Below are positions 1-10,129 of a stretch of 64,000 bases of DNA, in pieces (within the stretch, counting starts at the first letter, position 1; each line of letters opens with the position of its first letter). The translations under genes were made by a program, and so were the position numbers. The DNA is taken from the sequence record NC_031245.1; one strand, written 5' to 3'. The notes beneath the pieces were generated by a model. That model saw only the letters and a program-made list of their open reading frames with translations. It did not search any database and was not told the origin of the DNA.

Positions 1-4
1 CAAA

Positions 5-3000
5 TTGGATATCGTTAAAGTTGAGAAGGAGTACCTAAACAGTACATTAATTATACTTGAGAGATCTGATTTAGATTCAAGCGTTGATGTCTATAAACAT
101 TCATCAATTGACAGTATAATCCGAGTAATCTCTGACGGGATTGAAGGTACTTTAATAATTCCTAGAAGATCGGACTTACCTTCTACAGTTGATGTATACA
201 AGTACATGGATGTCGATGGTATAATACGAGTAATCTCAGGTAACTTGGGATCTAAGATCAGTGTTAGACGTGATGCAGATCACGATATGGATTCAAGACT
301 CTACGTAGTCAATGTTAATGGTGACAGCTTACCTTCCTCAATGTTTATTGTTACCGAGAAGGATTACATCAAGTCACGAATTGCAGTAAGATTTGAGTCT
401 CCTCTATACGGAGAAGTTGACCTTATAGGTGTAGGAGAGTCTGACTTAGTCTCAATCCTTAGACCAGTAGTGTTCAGCGATTTACCAGCACAGTTATCAA
501 TTACGATAACTAATAAAATGACAGGTGAGGCTGACTTTATTCCAGTCGGTGACTCAGACGTCCCTGGTACTATCGACTTACAACCTGCAGCTAACTTACC
601 TGGTAGTATCACTGTTCTAATGAAAGATGAATCTGACATAGAAGGTACTATTACAGTTAGAGCTAAGGACAATCGTGATTTAATTTCTAAGCTTGACATA
701 AGATATAGAGGAACATCTGACCTAGATTCACATATCCGAATCCCTTATACCAACAAAATGACTGGCTTAGTTGACGAAATCTCCTTATTAACTACTGATG
801 AAGGTTTTGGTGACGATGTAGTCATTGAGCTGAAAACTTACCGAACAGTTATCGACGAATCTTCAGTCGAAGAAAAGTCCTATATAGCTGGAAGGATTTA
901 CTACGATGATGCTGAATTCCTAGAAGATATACAAGTCGGATCATCGACTGAAGATAGCTCCTCTGCAATATCACATTCAGTAATCCATATCGATAGGACT
1001 GACAGTGGTAATGCAAGTGACAGCTTAGTCACTAAGGAGTTCGTATCATTTGATGCAGAAACTTCAGTTGAATCAATTTCAGAAATTACCGTACCTGTAT
1101 GCGATTCTTACAAATCTACTTCATCTATAGTAGAGTTAGGTATCCTAGGATGCGATAGTTCTGAAGGAGTCGACTTTGTTCTATTCCGTGGTATTGTCTA
1201 CTATGATAGTGCTGCTGGTGAAGACTGCTATGAAATACTGATAAATCGTGAGGATAGTGTATCACATAACGAATGCTCGAATGTAGTGTTAGAATTGTGC
1301 GATTCTTCAGTGCCTAATGAACTGTTCTTATGGGATATACTCCTAGCTGACCAATCCACTGGTGAAGATTGTATCGACCTACAATTCGAAATTTGTGATA
1401 ATGCATACTCAGTTCATACGATTGTAGATGGAATTCAACTAGCTGACCATTGTGATGAAGGTAAAGGTACCGACTCAGTTCCAGTACGTGAGTTTGTAAG
1501 TCCTGACTCTGGTGTGACTGAACATAGAGTTGTCGGTATTTACATCGAACTTTGCCAAGAAGTAGTGGTTACTGAAAATCCTGTGATCTACTTAAGTACT
1601 TGTGATGATGGAGAAGGAAGTGACTGGACTCCAGTCAGAGAATTCATATCACCAGACTTAGGTTATGGTCAAGATAGCTTAGTCGAGTTAATGCTAGAAG
1701 TTGAGTACGAAATCTTAGTTAATGATCACGTAGCTGATATCGACTTACTGATCCACTGCGATAGTGGTAATGGAATCGATAGAGTTGCAGTACGTGAATT
1801 CATTACTCAAGATTCAGGTTACTCAGAAGACCAAGTATCTAACGTAAACATAGTTGTTTGTGATGACTATGAAGTTGAGTACTTGACTCAAATTGACTTA
1901 AGTTATTGTGACGAAGCTGTAGCTCAAGAGTTACTCACTAAGGAAGTAATGGTCAAGGACGAAGGTTCTTCAGATGAGCAAGTAGTTCTAATCCATCTCA
2001 AAGACATCCTAGATGACGACAGTTCTGGTAATGATTGTTATCAAACTGTAGAGGTAGTCGTATGTGAGATTAATTCAGTTACAGAGAATGTGCTCGATAT
2101 CGAACTGTTAGTATCTGATATCGGAATTGGCTTAGAAGGTCATAATGTCTTATTCAATATTGATGAAGGCTCTACTGCTGTAGAACAAGTAGTGGATATT
2201 GATGTAGTAACTTGTGATCAAGGTTCGGGAATTGATCTGATTATTGAGAGAGGAGTTCTCGTATCAGATAGCTCCGAATCGGAAGAGAACGTTGTTACGA
2301 TTCATCTAACTAATCCTTCAGATGAAGGCTCAGGAGTAGATTGCTACTTAGTTGAGGTTCTCGTAAGTGATCTAGGTCAAGGTAATGATATCATAGGCGA
2401 GCGTGGAGTGTTATCTTCAGATCCCGTATTCGGAATCGAAACTTCCATAGTTGCTATTCCTACTTGTGATACAACTAATGGTTTCGAGTCTGGAACTTAC
2501 ATTGAAAATCCAGTTTGTGATGGATCTTCAGGATTAGACGTTATCGTAGAGCGAGGAGTAGTTGTCCGAGAATTACTTGACTCTGATGAATTAGAATTCA
2601 TAGAAATTCCTGTGAGTGATACTTTCTCAGAAGATAGTAGAGTAATTCACATCGAACTTCCAGTTGTCGATGAAGGTAACGGAGAAGATATTTCTACAGA
2701 GAAAGAAGTTCTAGTCTCTGACTCTAGTGAAGCTCAAGATACAGTTAATTCAGTACACGTTATCAACTTATGTGATTCTGGTCAATCAAAAGACTCTTTA
2801 AGTAACGTTAACGTTGTAGCATGTGATAATGCTAAAGGTAGTGATCGACTAGACGAGAAGATGGTTGTTGCCACTGATAGTGCTATAGCAATCGAAACTT
2901 CTATAATCCTGATAGTCACTGAAGGAGATGCCTCTGCAGGAACTGACTCTGCATTTATGACTCCTGTACTTTGTGACGAAGGTAAAGGTCACGATTCTAC

Positions 3001-6000
3001 TAAAGAGAAGATGGTCATCTCTGTTGATGAAGGATACGGAAATAGTGAGTGTTGGATCAGCTTAGACTTAACAGACACTGCTCAGTATTTCGATACTAAG
3101 GAATTAATGCTTCCAGCCGAAGATGAAGGTAATGGCTATGATAACGTTACTTCAAGGGAATTCGTACTTGAGGATAACAGTGACGTAGTTGATATCATAG
3201 TAGATATCTTGCTTAACGTAGAGGAAAACTACACATCTGAAGATATTCTAACAGTCGGAATCAATGGCTGTGATGACGGAGCAGGTTATGACTTCATAAC
3301 TCATAGAGAGACTGTGTTGATTGATAATGGGGACTCCGATAGTCACGTGGTCGATATTCATCTTATCGATATTGAGGACAATGCGACTGTTATAGAGATA
3401 CCAGTGATTAGACCTTTAGTATGTGATAGTGGTACAATCGATATTGAAATTGCTAAAATCGATAAGTACTTGTTCTTAAGTGATAGCGGAACTGATTGTG
3501 AGTCCGTATTCATAAAGGGAACTGAAAATACTGAAGTCCGGGATCTATCTTATCCAGGTCAACGTAACCATCCTAGCGATGTGTCTCTAGGTCCAATCAT
3601 CGACGGTATTAGTCCAACTAAGCCTAACGAAACTAAGACCACTGTATGGACATCCAAACCTCGGGTAAGCTACATACTCAGTAAGTATGATAAAGCACTA
3701 GGTTTGTGGCAAGGTGACGTAAATATTAATGTTAGACTGCAAGAAACTTCTCAAGGTATTGGTGGTTATGGTCGATTCAAGGTCTTCATCGATGATGAAC
3801 TAGTTGTTAGTGCGAGTATTCCTACTGGTGGTTCTCAAGACCTAAACTTCTATTATGACGGATTGAAATCAAAGTCAGGTGGTTACAGGCTCGAGTACGA
3901 GGGTACTTTCTGTGATGAAAGACACTGCCAATGGTCAAGAGATGTCTTCTTCGAGTTCACTTATACTGGAGAGTTTCCTAGAGGAATTGGGGATAATGGA
4001 GCAGACTTTGTTCTTAATCCTGATTACCCAGCTAATCCTTTCATAGACCCTTACGGAACTTCTATACTATCTAATTCTATAAACTGTGACGATGATCCAT
4101 CCAGAATCAAACTGTATGTGTCAACTTGCGGTAAGAACTTAGATAAGTATGAATGGTCAATGTTTGATGACCCTGACTACAGAGATATTGAAGTTCTATA
4201 TCACAACTTAGCAATTGAAGCAAGAAGTAATAAACTAGACCGATGGTACGTTATCGCATCAGATTGTGCAGTATCTGATAATAATATTATCATGATAGAG
4301 TTAAATCAATCCGACGAGGGTACTTCTGTTGAAATTCCTATCATGGATAAGACTCTACTAGTTGGAGATTCTGCTGATAGTTGTGAAGCAATCTTTGTGT
4401 ATGGTCATAAGAATACAGAAGACAGAGATCTGAGCTATCCAGGTGAGTCAACTCATCCTACGGATAAGGTACTTAATCCAGAGATTATTAACGGAGAATC
4501 AGCGACAATTGTCGGTATCTCTGATTATAATGACTGGACTGCTGGTACTAACCAGACTGTTCGTCCTTCAAGATATATCGGATTGTTCAAAGGTACGATA
4601 ACTTTTGAGTTACGTGCTGGTGTGAGTAGTGATGGATCTAACTTTGCTTCTTCATCAGGTAGAGCTACTATCTACGTTGACGGTGTAGCCTACAGAATGG
4701 CTGAAGCTTCTGCTTCAAATAGAGGCGGTACTCCAACTAGAATCACAATACCATTTGATGGATGGAATTCCCCATCAGGAGGATTCTCAGCTAAAGTTAC
4801 TGCGGTACCTGCTAGTGGACATCGATGTACAGCGACTTTATCTGTTATCTCGCTGAACGGTACATTCTATCCAGAGAATTCATTAATTCCTGATGGAAGT
4901 GCATTGAATCCTAAATACCCAGGTGACTATTTCATAGATCCTTACGATAGAGACATCTTCCCGTTAGGTAAGTACTGTGGGGATAACTCTCAAGTATATT
5001 TATATGTAAATAGTTGTAAGCAAAGCTTACATGACTATAACTGGTCAATGCTGGGTCATCCGGATTATGAGAGAATCAAAGGTCTTTATCAGAATACGGT
5101 TAATCATAAGCCTTACCCTAAGTCAATCAACAAGAACTTTGTTCTAGCTGCTGATTGCGGTTATGGTGAAGATGAATCGTCACTCGCATTCGTATTGACT
5201 GATAATGGTACTCTCGATGATGAAAAGGCTATCCTTAATAAACATATAATCGTACGTGACTCTGCTGATTCAATAGAGACATTGGTTATCGATCAAGGAT
5301 TCTCAGATGAAGTGACTTCTGAAGATGGTATGACTTTCGGTTTAATCCTATGTGATAATGCTGTATTTGTCGATAGGATAACTGATAGGGAATTCGTCAT
5401 TCAGGAGTACATCAAAGTCGTCGAGTGCTTGAAAGTTCATGTTTCCTCAGATGATACATCAAGTTCTGAAGAACATGTAGCTAGCGTTCATCTATATCCG
5501 AGTGAAGATAGTGGTACAGCTTACGATAGGCAACTATCTAACGGACCAGCTACTTCAGACTATGGTTATGGAAACGACTGTTATAATAACGTTGAAGTTG
5601 TGGTTTGTGAATTATCCGACTCAATCTCTAAGGTAGTTCAATTAGACTTAAGTCTATGCGAAATTACTGAAGCTATTGACTTCTTGTCTGGTAAGGAATT
5701 CAATACTTGGGATCTGGATGGTAAAGGAACTGACTGCTTACAATTAGAAATTCCTGGATGTGAATCTCCAGTAATCGAGGAAGATCTCATCTATATCGAC
5801 CTAGGAACTCATTATGATGAAAGTGAAGGTCAAGACTCAGTAGTCTATAAAGAACTCCCAGTTGACGATGAAGCTACAGCTCTTGATGAACTATCGTTCA
5901 GTATAGAACTCTGTGATTCGGATAAATTCCTTGACGGAATTGCTCTTGAGATGTTCTATTGTGATACTGCACTTGGATTTGATAGAATAACTGACAAAGA

Positions 6001-7648
6001 ATTACCTGTTATCGATAGCTCTAGTGTAGATGAAAGTAGTCTACTCGAACTAGAGTTCTGTGAAGAGGTAGTCTCTGAGTTTAATGTTGTATTAGATCTA
6101 GTTAGTCATTGCGATACTGCTGAAGGACGTGACATACTTCCTAATAAAGAAGTTCCTGTAAATGATAATGCTGAATCGGATGAGTGCTTAGTCAATAACG
6201 TTCTAGTAAGTGACGAGTTTGGTTTCGAAGATGGCTCTCTAGAAGATGCTGCTGAAGTAGTTATCGAGCTTTGTGATACTGCTGAAGGTATCGATATAGT
6301 TCCATACAAAGAAATCCTCGTTAGTGAAGAACTACAGTCAATTGAGACTGCTCGCTTAGATCTCACTCTATGTGATATCGGTAAAGTCAAGGATGTAGTT
6401 GTTCAAATTGACTTGAACTTCACTGATGAAAGTACTGGAATTGACTTAGTACCATACAAAGAAATGCCTATCGAGGAAAGTGCAGTACTCTCAGATTGTA
6501 TCACACTTGAATCACTATTTTGTGATACTGGTACAGTCAAGGATAAAGATGAATCTGTCATAATTGACTTAAGTCAGTGTGATAGTGGTATAGGAATTGA
6601 TATCGTACCTTACAAAGAATTACCTGTAAGTGACTCTATCGTGTCAGATGATTGCTTAATTCTAGAGCTAGTTCTCTGTGAATTTGGTCATACTCGCGAT
6701 TGGGTACCTATGATGGAATTCTGTGTATGTGACTGGGGAACTGATCCTCAAGATCCAGGTCCACCTAACTTCTGGTGCTGTGGTAGATATCGTCCAGGTC
6801 ATATACCTCATCCACCGTACTTCCCAGGTGATCCAGGTTATCCTTATGACCCAGACCATCCTGATTACGGTAAGCCAGTATATCCTGATGATCCTAATTA
6901 TCCAGGACCACCTTATAATCCAGGAGATCCAGGTTATCCTGCAGATTGTGCTGACGGAGGTACAGTATATCCAGGTGACGTTTGTTATCCAGGACGTCCA
7001 CTGTATCCAGGGGATCCAGGTTATCCTTCACTACCAGGTGATCCAGATTATGGTGAACCAATATATCCAGGAGATCCAGAGTACCCTCCTATTCTAAATC
7101 CAGGAGATCCAGGTTACCCTTATGAACCAAGTGATCCAGGATATGGAGATCCAGTATATCCAGGTGATCCGGATTATCCGAAAGCTCCAGGTGATCCTAC
7201 GGATGAACCTGAGTCGATTATCGGACATCCTCCTACTCCAGATGTTGGTGTAGCAATCGACTGTATCACCATAGAGCAATTCTTGTGTGATGACGGAGAA
7301 GGTCAGGATAAGCTCGGATTTAGACGAGTACCTTATCACATAGACAATGACTGGATCGTTGATCCATTCACATGGAAATGTGGACCTAACTTCGAATGGG
7401 ATATAGAGGAGATTGAATTTGAGATCAAGCCTATAGAAATTCAAGTAGAGGTGACAGAGTACAAGTTTAACTTCCGAGAACTTGAATTTAAGTTTAGAGA
7501 GACTCCTGAGAAGTTTGAGTTCGCTGATAAGCTTATGTTTAAGGCTTGTCCTCTAGATATCTTTGAATTCCAAGAAGCAAAACCAATCGTCATCGAGATG
7601 ATTGAATGCCCATTCACAATTCAGTGTACAGAACTCGAAGAAGACTAG
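5..7648 (+). CDS. Giant acidic, Cys-rich repeat protein, putative virion fibre/adhesin (probably 5'-truncated by the window)
   Basis: 2547-aa ORF whose frame is open to the window edge; about 20-aa quasi-repeats (SDLxSxIxV, then CDxGxGxD types), two duplicated inserted domains and a PGDP repeat tail; lies upstream of an Ig-like gene and the lysis cassette. Confidence 0.6.
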   Translation: MDIVKVEKEYLNSTLIILERSDLDSSVDVYKHSSIDSIIRVISDGIEGTLIIPRRSDLPSTVDVYKYMDVDGIIRVISGNLGSKISVRRDADHDMDSRLYVVNVNGDSLPSSMFIVTEKDYIKSRIAVRFESPLYGEVDLIGVGESDLVSILRPVVFSDLPAQLSITITNKMTGEADFIPVGDSDVPGTIDLQPAANLPGSITVLMKDESDIEGTITVRAKDNRDLISKLDIRYRGTSDLDSHIRIPYTNKMTGLVDEISLLTTDEGFGDDVVIELKTYRTVIDESSVEEKSYIAGRIYYDDAEFLEDIQVGSSTEDSSSAISHSVIHIDRTDSGNASDSLVTKEFVSFDAETSVESISEITVPVCDSYKSTSSIVELGILGCDSSEGVDFVLFRGIVYYDSAAGEDCYEILINREDSVSHNECSNVVLELCDSSVPNELFLWDILLADQSTGEDCIDLQFEICDNAYSVHTIVDGIQLADHCDEGKGTDSVPVREFVSPDSGVTEHRVVGIYIELCQEVVVTENPVIYLSTCDDGEGSDWTPVREFISPDLGYGQDSLVELMLEVEYEILVNDHVADIDLLIHCDSGNGIDRVAVREFITQDSGYSEDQVSNVNIVVCDDYEVEYLTQIDLSYCDEAVAQELLTKEVMVKDEGSSDEQVVLIHLKDILDDDSSGNDCYQTVEVVVCEINSVTENVLDIELLVSDIGIGLEGHNVLFNIDEGSTAVEQVVDIDVVTCDQGSGIDLIIERGVLVSDSSESEENVVTIHLTNPSDEGSGVDCYLVEVLVSDLGQGNDIIGERGVLSSDPVFGIETSIVAIPTCDTTNGFESGTYIENPVCDGSSGLDVIVERGVVVRELLDSDELEFIEIPVSDTFSEDSRVIHIELPVVDEGNGEDISTEKEVLVSDSSEAQDTVNSVHVINLCDSGQSKDSLSNVNVVACDNAKGSDRLDEKMVVATDSAIAIETSIILIVTEGDASAGTDSAFMTPVLCDEGKGHDSTKEKMVISVDEGYGNSECWISLDLTDTAQYFDTKELMLPAEDEGNGYDNVTSREFVLEDNSDVVDIIVDILLNVEENYTSEDILTVGINGCDDGAGYDFITHRETVLIDNGDSDSHVVDIHLIDIEDNATVIEIPVIRPLVCDSGTIDIEIAKIDKYLFLSDSGTDCESVFIKGTENTEVRDLSYPGQRNHPSDVSLGPIIDGISPTKPNETKTTVWTSKPRVSYILSKYDKALGLWQGDVNINVRLQETSQGIGGYGRFKVFIDDELVVSASIPTGGSQDLNFYYDGLKSKSGGYRLEYEGTFCDERHCQWSRDVFFEFTYTGEFPRGIGDNGADFVLNPDYPANPFIDPYGTSILSNSINCDDDPSRIKLYVSTCGKNLDKYEWSMFDDPDYRDIEVLYHNLAIEARSNKLDRWYVIASDCAVSDNNIIMIELNQSDEGTSVEIPIMDKTLLVGDSADSCEAIFVYGHKNTEDRDLSYPGESTHPTDKVLNPEIINGESATIVGISDYNDWTAGTNQTVRPSRYIGLFKGTITFELRAGVSSDGSNFASSSGRATIYVDGVAYRMAEASASNRGGTPTRITIPFDGWNSPSGGFSAKVTAVPASGHRCTATLSVISLNGTFYPENSLIPDGSALNPKYPGDYFIDPYDRDIFPLGKYCGDNSQVYLYVNSCKQSLHDYNWSMLGHPDYERIKGLYQNTVNHKPYPKSINKNFVLAADCGYGEDESSLAFVLTDNGTLDDEKAILNKHIIVRDSADSIETLVIDQGFSDEVTSEDGMTFGLILCDNAVFVDRITDREFVIQEYIKVVECLKVHVSSDDTSSSEEHVASVHLYPSEDSGTAYDRQLSNGPATSDYGYGNDCYNNVEVVVCELSDSISKVVQLDLSLCEITEAIDFLSGKEFNTWDLDGKGTDCLQLEIPGCESPVIEEDLIYIDLGTHYDESEGQDSVVYKELPVDDEATALDELSFSIELCDSDKFLDGIALEMFYCDTALGFDRITDKELPVIDSSSVDESSLLELEFCEEVVSEFNVVLDLVSHCDTAEGRDILPNKEVPVNDNAESDECLVNNVLVSDEFGFEDGSLEDAAEVVIELCDTAEGIDIVPYKEILVSEELQSIETARLDLTLCDIGKVKDVVVQIDLNFTDESTGIDLVPYKEMPIEESAVLSDCITLESLFCDTGTVKDKDESVIIDLSQCDSGIGIDIVPYKELPVSDSIVSDDCLILELVLCEFGHTRDWVPMMEFCVCDWGTDPQDPGPPNFWCCGRYRPGHIPHPPYFPGDPGYPYDPDHPDYGKPVYPDDPNYPGPPYNPGDPGYPADCADGGTVYPGDVCYPGRPLYPGDPGYPSLPGDPDYGEPIYPGDPEYPPILNPGDPGYPYEPSDPGYGDPVYPGDPDYPKAPGDPTDEPESIIGHPPTPDVGVAIDCITIEQFLCDDGEGQDKLGFRRVPYHIDNDWIVDPFTWKCGPNFEWDIEEIEFEIKPIEIQVEVTEYKFNFRELEFKFRETPEKFEFADKLMFKACPLDIFEFQEAKPIVIEMIECPFTIQCTELEED
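6745..7210 (+). repeat. Coding tandem repeat (YPGDPGYP / PGDPDY)
   Basis: Recurrent CCAGGTGATCCAGGTTATCCT-like units encoding Pro-Gly-Asp-Pro-x-Tyr. Confidence 0.9.
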
Positions 7649-7660
7649 GAGGTGTCAGTT

Positions 7661-8026
7661 ATGGCTGAAGGATGCGGAGAAGGTTGTAAAGTCCATCTCA
7701 AGGGAGAGATCGTTCCAGTAATGATCGAGTTGACTTCGGAGTCCAATTCGGACTTCGAAATCCTCCCTGATGGAGCAACTTGTGAAGTTAGGACTATGGC
7801 TGGTGAGTTGATTAAATCCCATACTGTAAGATTCAAAAGTATCAGTGGTAATCAAAAGCAATTGTTCTTCTCATGGGATACTAATCCTCTGGATATAGGT
7901 TACTACATGCTAAGATTCTGGGTTAGAATAAACCTATTCGGGACTGAAGATACTGCGGGTAACTTAATAGAAGAAGCTCGTATCGTATCTTCAGAAATGA
8001 AGAGGTACATCAAGATGCCTGAATAG
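7661..8026 (+). CDS. Small Ig-like structural/baseplate-type protein
   Basis: GGAGG RBS then ATG at 7661; beta-strand pattern (FFSWDT..GYYMLRFWV) typical of Ig-like virion domains; follows the fibre gene. Confidence 0.45.
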   Translation: MAEGCGEGCKVHLKGEIVPVMIELTSESNSDFEILPDGATCEVRTMAGELIKSHTVRFKSISGNQKQLFFSWDTNPLDIGYYMLRFWVRINLFGTEDTAGNLIEEARIVSSEMKRYIKMPE

Positions 8027-8035
8027 GCATCTTTG
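8012..8035 (+). terminator. Intrinsic terminator
   Basis: AAGATGCCT-gaat-AGGCATCTT hairpin followed by a short T run. Confidence 0.55.
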
Positions 8036-8161
8036 TGACCAGAATGGGTCTAGTGATGAAGTTGATAAAGTCCATTATGCTATCAGAATAGATTACTTAA
8101 ATAATTGCAAGATTGGAGGAGTCCCTTACTCCTCCAAATTCTAAGTAAAGGAGGGAACATC

Positions 8162-8551
8162 ATGAGTAACTTACTGAATAGGATTAAAGATTATGTGAGT
8201 AAGCACTTCATCGCAGAGACATTCACGTCGTTAATCGCCATTGTATGGGGATTATCGTTATTACACCCAGATGCTACATTCACGCTCCCATCCTATAAGC
8301 CGATGCTTGACATAGCTCCTGAGTACGCTTGGGGATTGTTAGCACTAGGAATTGGCATTTTCCAATACATCGGTATGGTAGGTCGCAAGTTTTACCTACG
8401 AACTATCTCTGCATTACTAGCTACAGGATTTTGGATATTCGTTGGTGTGATGTTCTGTTTAACTCCTATTATGAATACTGCTGGAGGTACTTATATTATC
8501 ATAGGAATAATGACAGGTGTACTCTATGTTAAGGTAGGTGGTCAGCGATGA
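8162..8551 (+). CDS. Holin-like multi-pass membrane protein
   Basis: AAAGGAGG RBS; about four hydrophobic segments; located upstream of the endolysin. Confidence 0.55.
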   Translation: MSNLLNRIKDYVSKHFIAETFTSLIAIVWGLSLLHPDATFTLPSYKPMLDIAPEYAWGLLALGIGIFQYIGMVGRKFYLRTISALLATGFWIFVGVMFCLTPIMNTAGGTYIIIGIMTGVLYVKVGGQR

Positions 8552-9048
8552 AGTTCCTAGAGAGCTTACGATTACCAGAAGTACTAAGTGCGTTGGGAAT
8601 GATAGTCACTGCACTCGCAGGATACTGGACTGCAAAGTCTAGGTCTAGGAGTCAGCTGAAAATCAAGGAAGTTGATGCTCGTACAACTCTTACACTTAAA
8701 GAGCAAGAATCTATGGCTAAGCGTCAAGACCAACTATCTAAGCAGCAGAAAGATTTCATGAATCAAATGCGCGATGAAATGAGATTGCTCAGAGAAGAGT
8801 TAAATGAAGAACGTAAAAGAAGCACATCTCTCGAAGGTGAAGTACGTGATTGGAGGGATAAGTACCTAACTATACTTGAGAAGTACCAAGAGTTGGTTGC
8901 AGAGAATGGTCGACTCAGGGACAAGTTAGAAGAGTACGAACTCCGTGTATCTGAATTAGAGTTAGAGTTAAAGATAAAGCATAAAGAAGGAGATACACAA
9001 GGTTCCCATCAAGTTTCAGTCACAGTCAATACAGATCAAACTAAGTAA
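8548..9048 (+). CDS. Membrane-anchored coiled-coil protein of the lysis cassette
   Basis: N-terminal TM segment (VLSALGMIVTALAGYW) then a long heptad coiled coil; ATGA overlap with the previous gene. Confidence 0.55.
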   Translation: MKFLESLRLPEVLSALGMIVTALAGYWTAKSRSRSQLKIKEVDARTTLTLKEQESMAKRQDQLSKQQKDFMNQMRDEMRLLREELNEERKRSTSLEGEVRDWRDKYLTILEKYQELVAENGRLRDKLEEYELRVSELELELKIKHKEGDTQGSHQVSVTVNTDQTK

Positions 9049-9156
9049 ATCTTCAGATAGCTAGTGGATATTTTTAAGGGGGTGATTATCAAAATCAATT
9101 AAATTGGCAATATACACCTATTCAAGAGCTAACAAATCACAAGGAGGAAGATATTA

Positions 9157-10098
9157 ATGGCAGCAGACATCAAGAATTTACACCCAGTAGTTAAAGAGAA
9201 AACCGAGCAACTTATTAGCATCATGGACAAGAAGCTAACTAAGTATAAAATGCGAATTACTCAGGGTTATCGTTCTATTGCTGAGCAGAATGAGATCTAC
9301 GCACAAGGTAGAACTAAACCAGGTAGTATCGTTACTAATGCAAAAGGTGGTCAATCCTACCATAACTACGGACTAGCTATTGACTTCTGTCTGATTTCTC
9401 CTGATGGTAAGCAAGCCTCTTGGGATATGAACAAAGACTTCGATGGTGACGGAGTCGCTGACTGGAAAGAAGTTGTCACTGAAGCTAAGAAACTAGGTTT
9501 CGATTGGGGAGGAGATTGGAGTGGATTCAAAGACTATTCTCACTTTGAGATGACATTTGGATTGTCCATTAAAGACCTACAAAATGGTAAGCGTCCTGCT
9601 AATAGTGCGAAACCTAGTACTGGTGGCTCTAGTACTTCTACTTCTAGTAGTACTCTTAAATATGGCAGTAAGGGTTCAGCCGTAAAGACACTACAAAGTA
9701 ATCTCAAGACTTTAGGCTACAACATTGGTAAGTCAGGTGTTGATGGTATCTATGGCAATGACACTGTAACTGCAGTTAAGAAATTCCAAAAGGATAAGAA
9801 ATTAGCTGTAGATGGGATTGCTGGTTCTGCAACATTAGCTGCTATCAAGAAAGCTATTGATGCTAAGAAACCTAGTACTCCAGCTAGCAGTGGTAGTGCT
9901 ATAGTTCCATATCCAGGTCATGTTATCAAATATGGTAGCAAAGGCAAAGATGTAGAACGTATCCAACGTGCAGTAAAAGTAAACCCTGATGGAATCTATG
10001 GTCGGGACACTGAAGCTGCAGTTAAAGCTTATCAGAAACGTCATGGATTGACAGCAGATGGTATCGTTGGTCTTAAGACTTGGAATGTAATGTTCTAA
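9157..10098 (+). CDS. Endolysin: M15 L-Ala-D-Glu peptidase with two PG_binding_1 domains
   Basis: GYRSIAEQNEIYAQGRT, SYHNYGLAIDF, WGGDW..FKDYSHFE motifs (CwlK/Ply500 type); two LKYGSKG..VK..Q..DGIYG..T..AVK.FQK repeats. Confidence 0.92.
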   Translation: MAADIKNLHPVVKEKTEQLISIMDKKLTKYKMRITQGYRSIAEQNEIYAQGRTKPGSIVTNAKGGQSYHNYGLAIDFCLISPDGKQASWDMNKDFDGDGVADWKEVVTEAKKLGFDWGGDWSGFKDYSHFEMTFGLSIKDLQNGKRPANSAKPSTGGSSTSTSSSTLKYGSKGSAVKTLQSNLKTLGYNIGKSGVDGIYGNDTVTAVKKFQKDKKLAVDGIAGSATLAAIKKAIDAKKPSTPASSGSAIVPYPGHVIKYGSKGKDVERIQRAVKVNPDGIYGRDTEAAVKAYQKRHGLTADGIVGLKTWNVMF

Positions 10099-10129
10099 GT
10101 CGTAGCTACAATTGAATGGAGGTCGTCAT

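Noticed and set aside
6745-7210. Regular repeats resembling a CRISPR array or VNTR
   Set aside because: Repeats are in-frame, vary at synonymous positions and lack unique spacers; they are protein repeats
364-7861. Shadow ORFs overlapping the fibre gene and its neighbour (364-, 6106-, 6668-, 6723+, 7094-, 7645-, 7655-)
   Set aside because: Antisense or off-frame echoes of a repetitive coding region, with no RBS
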